A stretch of 64,000 bases of DNA from the human T2T-CHM13v2.0 reference genome, Homo sapiens, in the NCBI RefSeq assembly GCF_009914755.1, contig NC_060932.1; one strand, written 5' to 3'. The notes under the pieces are model-generated. The model saw only the letters and a list, made by a program, of their open reading frames with translations, was not told where the DNA came from and ran no database searches. Shown piece by piece: positions 55,585 to 64,000 of the stretch. The position numbers and the translations under genes were made by a program. Positions within the stretch are counted from its first letter, which is position 1, and the number at the start of each line of letters is the position of its first letter.

Positions 55585-58500
55585 TGTTCTTTTTCTACTT
55601 TTATTTTAGGTTCTGGGGATAGATGGGCAGGTTTGTTACATGGGTAAATTGAGTGTCACTGAAGCTTAGGGTACGAATGATCCTGTCATCCAGGTAGAGA
55701 ACACAGTACCCGATAGGTAGCCTTACAACCTATACCCCCATTACTCTCCCCTCTCAAGGGGACAGTTCCCAGTGTTTGTTGTTCCCATCTTTGCGTCCAT
55801 GTGTATTCAGTGTTTAGTTTCCACATTTTAGTGAGTATATACAGCATTTAGTTTTCTGTTTCTGCATTAGTTTGTTTAAGATAATGACCTCCAGCTGCTT
55901 CCATGTTGCTGCAAAGGACATGATTTTGTTCTTTTTTACGGCTGTGTAGTATTCCATGATGTCTATGTATCAGATCTTCTTTGTCCAGTCTACTACTGAT
56001 TGGCAAATGATTTATCCCATGTCTTTGCTGTTGTGAATAGTGCAGACTGAACATATGTGTACATGTGTCTTTTTGGCATAATAATCTATTTTTCCTTGGG
56101 TATACACCCAGTAATAGGATTGCTGGATTGAATGGTAGTTCTAATTAACTTATTTGAGAAATTTCTCAAGTATTTTGCATAGTGGCTGAACTAATTTACA
56201 TTCTGCCCAAAGATAGTATCTTATTGTGGTTTTGATTTGCATTTCTCTAATGATTAGTGATACTGAGTATGTTTTCACATATTTGTTGGCCACATGTATG
56301 TCTTTTTGAGAAGTGTCTCCACATGTATTTTCCCTATGTTTTAATGAGGTTATTTGCTTTTTGGTTATGTATTTAAGTTCCTTATGGATATTAGATCTTT
56401 ATCAGATACATAGACAGTGAATATTTTCTCCCACTCTGTAGGTTGTCTGTTTACTCTGTTGATAGCTCTTTTGCCATGCAGAAACTGTTTAATTTAATTA
56501 AGCCCCACTTGTCAATTTTTGTTTCTGTTCCAATTGCTTTTGGGTAGTCATAAATTATTTGCCAAATGCCAAAATGGTATTTGCTAGTTTTCCTTCTAGA
56601 GTTTTTATTGTTTTAGATCTTACATTTAAACCTTTAATCTAATATTGAGTTAATTTTTGTATATGGTGAAAGAAATGGCCTCGGATTCAATTTTTTTACA
56701 TGTGGCTAGCCAGTTTTCCCAGAACCATTTATTGAAAATGGAGTCCGTTTCCTATTGTTTGTAATTGTTAACTTTATTGAAGATCAGGTGGTTTCAGATT
56801 TGTAGCTTTATTTCTGGGTTCTCTATCATGTTCCATTGGTCCACATGTTTATTTCTATACCAGCGCCATGCTGTTTTGGTTACTACAGCTTTGTAATATA
56901 GATTGAAGTTGGATAGTGTGATGCCTCTGGTTTCATTCTTATTGCTTAGTATTGCTTTGGCAATTTGGGCTCTTTATTGGTTTCATATGACTTTCAGTAT
57001 AGTTTTTTTTTTAATTCTGTGAAAAATGACATCAGTAGTTTGATAGATATAGCATTGAATCTGTAAATTGCTTTGGGCAGTACAGTCATTTTCTCAATAT
57101 TGATTCTTCCAATCCATGAGCATGGAATGTTTTTCTATTTCTTTGTGTCATCTCTGATTTCTTTCATTAGTGGTTTGTAATTCTTGTCAGAAATCTTTCA
57201 CTTCCTTGGTAAGCTGTATTCCTAGCTATTTTATTCTTTTTGTGGCAATTGTAAACGGGATTGCTTTCTTGATTTGGCTCTCAGCTTGCATTTTATTGGT
57301 GAATAGAAATACAGCCAATTTCTGTACATTGACTTTTTATTCTGAAACTTTACTGAACTTGTTTATCAGATCTAAGAGCGTTCTGGCAGAGTCTATTAGG
57401 TTTTCTAGGTATAGAACCATCATCCATGAAGAGAGATAATTTGACTTCCTCCCTTCCTTTTTAAATGCCTTCCCTTTGTTTCTCTTGCCTGATTGCTCTG
57501 GCTAGGAATTCCAGTACTATGTTGAATAGAAGTGGTGAAAGTGGGCATCCTTGTCTTGTTCCAGTTCTCAATGGAAATGGTTCCAGCTTTTGCTTATCCA
57601 CTATGATGGTGGCTGTGTGTTTGTTATAGATGGTACTTATTATTTTGAGATATGTTTATTTGATACCTATTTTGTTTAGTGTTTTTAACATGAACGGATC
57701 TTGAATTTTATCAAAAGCCTTTTCTGCCTCTATGAAGATGATCATATGTTTTTTTTAATTTTATGTATCCAATTTATTGATTTGCATATGCACAACCACC
57801 ATTGCATCCCAGGAAGAAAGCCCACTTGATTGTGATTAATTGACTTTTTGATGTGTTGCTGGATTTGGTTTGCTAGAATTGTGTTCAGGAATTTTACATT
57901 TATGTTTATCAGACACACTGGCCTGAAGTTTTCTCTTTTCGTTGTGTCTCTGCCAGGTTTTGGTATTAGAATAATGCTGGCTTTGTAGAATGAATTAGCA
58001 AGGAGTCTCTCTTCTTCATTTTTTTGGAATAATTTTGGTAGTATTGGTACTAGCTCTTCTTTGTATGTTTGCTGTAATTTGGTTATGAATCCATCTGGCC
58101 CAGGGCTTTTTATGCTTAGCGGGCTTTTTATAATTATTACATTTCAGAACTTACTATTTATCTATTCAAAATTTTAATTTCTTCCTGGTTCAATCTTGGA
58201 AGGATGTGTGTTTCCAAAAGTTTATATATATCTTCTAGGTTCTCTAGTTACTGTGCATAGAGGTGTTAGTAATAGTCACTCTGGAGCTTTGGTATTTCTG
58301 TGGGGTTGATTGTAACATCACTTTTGTTGTTTCTGATTGTATTAATTTGGTTATTCTCTCTTTTTCTCTTTATTACCCTAGATAGCAATTCATCAATCTT
58401 CTTTAATATTTCAAAAAACTAACTTTTGCTTTTGTTGATCTTTTATATTGATTTTTGGATCTCAATTTCATTCAGCTTAGTTTTGATTTTCATTATTTCT

Positions 58501-61500
58501 TTTCTTCTGCTGGTGTTAGGCTTGGTTTGCTCTTGTTTTTCTAGTTACTGTAGATGTGATGTTTGATTTTTAATTTGTGATCTTTCCAGTTTCTTGATGT
58601 AGGTGTTTAGCACTATAAACTTTCTTCTTAACACTGTTTTAGCTGTGTCCCAAAGATTGTGGTATATTGTGTGGCTGTTTGCATTAGCTTCATTGTTTTT
58701 ATGTATGCCTTAATTTCATTCTTTACCCAAAAGTCATTCAGGAAAAGTTGTCTGGTTTCCATGCAATTGTATGGTTTTGATAGATATTCTTGGCATTGAT
58801 TTCTATTTTTATTGCACTGTGGACTGAGAATATAGTTTATATGATTTCAATTTCTCTGAATTTGTTGAAACTTGCTTTATGGTGGAGCATTTGGTCAATC
58901 TTATAGTATATGCTGTGTGCATATATGAAGAATGTATATTCTATTGTGTGGAGTGTTCTGTAGACGTCTATTAGGTCCAATTGGTCAAGTGTCAAATTTA
59001 AGTCCTGAATATCATGGTTAGTTTTCTGCTTCAATGATCTTCCTAATACCATCAGTGGGGTTTTCAAGTCCCCCAATGTTATTGTGTGGTTTTCTAAATC
59101 TCTTAATAGATCTTGAAAAACCAGTTTTATGTATACGTGTACTTGGATGATGGGTGCATATATATTTAGAATAGTTAAGTCTTTCTGTTGGATTGAATAT
59201 TTTATAATTGTGTAATGCCCTCATTTGTTCTTTTTGATCATTATTGGTTTACAGTCTGTTTTATCTGACATGAAAATAGCAACCCCTAATTTTTTTGTTT
59301 TTCATTTGCCTAATAGATCTTTCTCTGTCCCTTTATTTTAAGTTGATAAAATAAACTCACAAGTTTATTTTATTTGTGAGTTGAGTCTCTTGAAGATAGC
59401 AGACAGCTGAGTCTTACTTCTTTATCCAACTTGCCACTCTGTGCCTTTTAAGTGGGGCCTTTATCCTGTTTACATTTAAGGTCAATAGTGATGTATGAAG
59501 ATTTGATCCTGTCATCATGCTGTTAGCTGATTGTTATACAGACTTGATTGTATAGTTGGTTTGTAGTGTCAATGGGCTATGTACTTAAGTGTGTTTTTGT
59601 GGTGGCAGCTATTGTTCTTTTATTTCCATGTTTAGTACTCCTTTTAGCATCTCTTTTAAGGCAGGTAAAATGGTAATGAATTCACTTAGCATTTGCTTGT
59701 TTGAAAAGGATTTCATTTCTCCTTTGTTTACGAAGCTTAGTTTGGCTGAATATGAAGTCACTGGCTACAATTTCTTTTCTCTAGGGCTGTTGAAAATAGG
59801 CCCTCAATCTCTTCTGGCCTGTAAGGTTTCTGCTGAAATATCCATTGATAGCCTGATGGGCTTCCATTTTTATGTGACCTTCCCTTTCTCTGCAGCTATC
59901 TTTAACAACTTTTTCTTTAACATTGACCTTGGAAAATCTGACGACTATGTGTGTTGGGAATGGTTGTCTTATATAGTATCTCTCGGAATTTCTTGAATTT
60001 GCATGTCAACCTCTCTAGTGAGACTGGGAAATTTTTCATGGAATTTATCCTCAAACATTTTTGCCAGGTTGCTGTGTCTCTATCCTTCTCTTTCAGAAAT
60101 GCCACTGGCCATAAGTTTGGTCTCTTTACATAATCCTATACTTCTTGGAAATTTTGTTTATTTATTTAAATTCTTTTTTCTTTATTTCTATCTGCCTCCG
60201 TTGCTTCAAAGAAGTAGTTTGCAAGCTCTGAGATTCTTTCCTCAGCATGGTCTATTCTGTAGTTAATGCTTCCAATTGTCTTTTGAAATTCCTGTAATGA
60301 ATGTTCATTTCCAGAAGTTCATTTTGGTGCTTTCTTAAAATGGTTATGTCATCTTTCAACTCCTGCATAGTTTTATTAGTTTCTTTGGATTTCATTTCAA
60401 CCTTCACTTATATCTCAATGAGCTTCCTTGCCATCCATATTCTGCATTCCACTTCTGACATTTCAGCCATTTTTATCTGGTTAAGAACCATTGCTTGGGG
60501 GCTAGTGTGATAGTTTGGAAGTAAGAAGACACTGGCTTTTAGAGTTGCCAGAGTTCCTTATAGGTTCTTTCTCATCTGTGAGGGCAGATGTTCCTTTATC
60601 CTTTGGAGTTGTTATCCTTTGGATTGGGCTTTTGTGTTTTTATTATGTTCTTGATTGCCCTTGAGGGTTTGACACACATTGGGTACAGTTAAATGAATCA
60701 GTGTCTAGACGCTTTTAGAGTGCCAAGGCTCAACTCCACGCTCAAGCTTTGTGCTTTAACTCTGAGTGGCAGGGACTGGGCCTATATCTTTGTTCTCTGG
60801 TCCCTTGAGGTTAAGCACTAGCTGGGATAGAGGGGCTATGGTACTCTCAGACTGTTGGTAACAGTGCTCTGTTGTGAGCAGCAGAGGCCATGGGAGGAAG
60901 GCATTCCAGCAGCAGCACTGTGGGCAAGAAGTGCTCCAGTGGGGATGGTGATGGCTCTATAGGCAAATGTGCTCCACAGGGGCAATGGTGACATGCAGTG
61001 GCAAGAAACTCTCATCAAAAGTCTCTGGCAGGGATGGCATGGGTACTGCATGTGGAAAGCCTACTGTAGTGTGATGGCAGAGTCCCTGGTGAATTCACCA
61101 GCTTTGGCAGCTGGCTATCACCAAAAGCGCTTCAGTGGGGGCAATAGAGGCTTTCAGAGAAAGTACTATGGCATTGGGCACTGGCAAAAGTGCTCTGGTT
61201 GGGTAGATGAGCTCTGGCATGCAGCACAGACAGGCAGGAACTCTGGGAGGGGCTGGTCAACAGAAAGGTGAGCAGCTTGGACACACCCTTGTCCTGTGGG
61301 CAAGACAGACCTGCTTTTCCAGGTGTGGTGGATTACACAGGTCAGAACCACCTAGAGGAGCAAGAAGAACCTTAGGGGATGAACACCAATGGTCATGTTC
61401 CACTGAAACCATCCCAGCACCTCACCACCTGGGCTCCATGCACATTCAAGTTCTGCCTACTCTCTGGGCAGTTCCCCTGCCACTCAAATGTCTATGGAAT

Positions 61501-61802
61501 TTGTGGAGTTTCCTGTAGCTATGATCCTTGAGGTCCATGGTGAAAGTAGGCTGCTTGGCATTTATTTCACTCACCTCTTCTTTAGGAGCTGTTCAGGGCC
61601 AGGAATGATTTCTGGTTCTTGGCAACCTGATGTGTGGTTCCCAGCTTCCTCCCGCTTCAGCACCAGCATTTAGGGTGTCTGTCTATCAACTCCCAGTACA
61701 TTCTCTCAGATGATGTTTGGATTCTGCCAATCTATTCAATGTTCTGGTCTGTCTCAATGGGAGAAATTCTTCCTGACTTCATGTAGTTGGCCATTTTTTC
61801 AC
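55585..61802 (-). mobile_element. Near-full-length decayed L1PA15/16-like element
   Basis: 3'UTR caggtttgttacatgggtaaattg...gtacgaatgatcc; EN remnant 58837-59076 (GDLKTPL...DLIDVYRTLH); ORF1 remnants ~59600-60400; 5' end gttggccatttt. Confidence 0.9.
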
Positions 61803-62102
61803 CCTCTCTATTTTTAAATTTTTCACACAAAAAAATTTTGTGTAAATTTTGTCAAATTTCTTTAAAACCATTCTTTTGTTATATCATCTCATTTCTGAAT
61901 TTTTCCTAATTGTTTTTTATGCTTTTTTTACAGCTTTTTTCTTAATTTCTTTTTGCTTCTTTTGTGTATATATTTTGTCATGTGCCTTCATTGTGGATTA
62001 GGCATCATTGATTGTTATCTCTTACTGTCTTTCTCTCTTTGTTTTGGCAATGACTTGTATACAATTCAACCACAATTCTTTTCTATTGTCATAGTTAAGT
62101 AA

Positions 62103-62313
62103 GATGGGCTTTCAAATAAGAATGATTTTGTTACCCAAGAATATCTGGAAATGTCTGGGGACATTTTTGGGTATTGTTAATGGTTGAGTTGCTATTGGCA
62201 TCTAGTGTGAAAGACAATGGATACTGCAAAAAAACCCTGCCTTGCCTAGGACATCTTCCCTCTAAGAATTATCTGCTCCAAAATGTCAATTTTGTCTAGG
62301 TTGAGAAACCCTG
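62103..62313. mobile_element. MER20 (hAT-Charlie)
   Basis: aatgtctggggacattttt, gctattggcatctagtg, ccaaaatgtcaat...ggttgagaaaccctg. Confidence 0.8.
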
Positions 62314-63717
62314 GCCCCATTAACATAGATGACTATAATGGGGTCTAAAAGTCAGATTTCTTTAGCTTCATGTCTCCCATGTGTCTTTTTATGTTGTCAA
62401 AAGTGAGCCTTTATAATTCCTAAAATCTGTCTTGTCTCCCTTCAGTGTTTTTATCTGCACTTTATTTTTTCCATTTTACTTACAGCTTCTATACTTTTCT
62501 ATTTGATTTTTATTCCCAGGAGTTTTTTCTCAGAATAAGTGATCGTCTTGGGAATTATAGTTTACAAATCCCCTCATAACTTGGGCTGCTTTTATTCAAT
62601 TGAATTGCAGAGACTTCCATAAGCATTTGTGATCCTTTATTCTGAAGTACACTACTTACTAAAAATCTGTCAGTTCTTCAGTTGTCAAGACCCTCAGAAG
62701 TTGCTGCCTTCCTACTACTTCATCTACTTAGTTGCTGATACATCATGGGTCACCTCACTGTTGAATGTTTCAAGTGTATACATTGTCATTTATTTTGTTT
62801 ACATGTTATATATGACATTTTAAACTAGTGGTTCAATTTCTATACTGAGCATCAGTTTTTCCATTTTCTAAAATTCTAAATTTTACAAATATTTAATTTT
62901 TCAATTTATTATTGAGCATTGTTGAATTTTGTTTGATCATGTATGTATTAAAATAAGTTGTCAGTTTAAGTTTTTAAACTTACAGACATAACTGTGTTTC
63001 TGTTTTTCTTTGAAGATCTTTTTATCTATCCCTCATTTTTAGATATACCTCTCTATTACTTTTTAATAACTGTTTTGTTTTCTATAAATTAAATTCATCA
63101 AAATATAATCCTCAAAGAAACAACATTTGATTATATAATTCTGGTCTTATTTTTATCTTTTTCTTACTTCTATTTTCTTTCATTTGCTCTTATGGTCTTC
63201 TAAATTATTTGGTTAAATATTTTGTTTACCAACTTGTAGCTCTTTGATTCTCATATATAAGAATTAGCTTAAATTGTTTGTTTTACATAATGCTTTAGGT
63301 GAATCCCATTAGTTTGGACAGTTTTATTAACTTTTAAATTAACTCTCAACTAATTGTATTTTAGTTATGTAATTTTTGTTTTGTACCCTTTCAATTTTCT
63401 ATCAACTTTTGTTTCATTTGAACTTGAAAATTATTTTTTAAATTTATTGTGTAAATGTTTGTGTATATGTGTGTGTGTATATCAAGCTTATTTATATCTT
63501 TAAAATTTTTTTTATTTTTATCAAACTATCAGTTTCATCAATCAGTTGTTCCGAGATATTTTTAAATTTTCACAAATGCACATGGATTTATCAATTTCTC
63601 CAATTTCCTGCAGTTTTATCTTATGTAATTTGGGGTTATTTTTATAAGCATATTAAGTTGTTATACCTTCTCACTACATTAAACTCTTTATCAATGGGTA
63701 GGTACTCTCCATATCCC

Positions 63718-63967
63718 TCAAAAGGAGATGTGAAGATGGAGGTAGAAATTGGGGTGATGTGGTCACAAAACAAGAATTACTGGCAGCCACCAGAAGATGT
63801 CAAAGACAAGGAACAGGTTCTCTCCTAGAACCTCCAGAGGGAGTGTGGCCCTGACAGCACCTTAGCTTCAACTTTCAGGCCTCCAGATCTGTGAGGCAAA
63901 CATTTTGGCTGTTTTATGCCACCAAGTTTGTAGCAATTTATTGTAGCAGTCTTAGGAAAGAAATACA
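63718..63967 (+). mobile_element. MLT1 (C/D-like) LTR, 3' half
   Basis: ggcagccaccagaag...ctagaacctccagagggagtgtggccctg...ggaaagaaataca. Confidence 0.85.
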
Positions 63968-64000
63968 CCTGCACTCCCACAAAAAATTTGCATTATGTTT

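Noticed and set aside
55585-61802. Possibly active full-length L1
   Set aside because: ORF1 and ORF2 are broken by many stops, frameshifts and deletions, and CpGs have decayed

Overview
AT-rich, CpG-poor, repeat-dense primate (human-like) genomic DNA that looks like gene desert or deep intron. I see no convincing protein-coding gene, RNA gene or CpG island. The recognisable ORFs in the track are Alu antisense frames, decayed L1 ORF1/ORF2 pieces, LTR frames or low-complexity sequence; the rest look like chance short frames. The window holds about 12 Alus, two near-full-length minus-strand L1s (L1MA-like 43.4-50.4 kb, L1PA15/16-like 55.6-61.8 kb) and many older L1/L2/MIR fragments. It also has MaLR/ERVL solo LTRs, an HERV-K(HML-4) LTR13-type solo LTR with a CTCF motif, a 5' Hsmar1 fragment, Tigger4/MER46 and MER20. 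Subfamily calls come from remembered consensus sequences and need RepeatMasker/Dfam confirmation. I found no new biological system. The most unusual signals are DNA-repair or template-switch scars: a ~440-bp patchwork of short copies from nearby loci (31.8-32.2 kb), a 71-bp local L1 copy inside a (CA)n/(TG)n palindrome (55.4-55.6 kb), and several small fold-back insertions.
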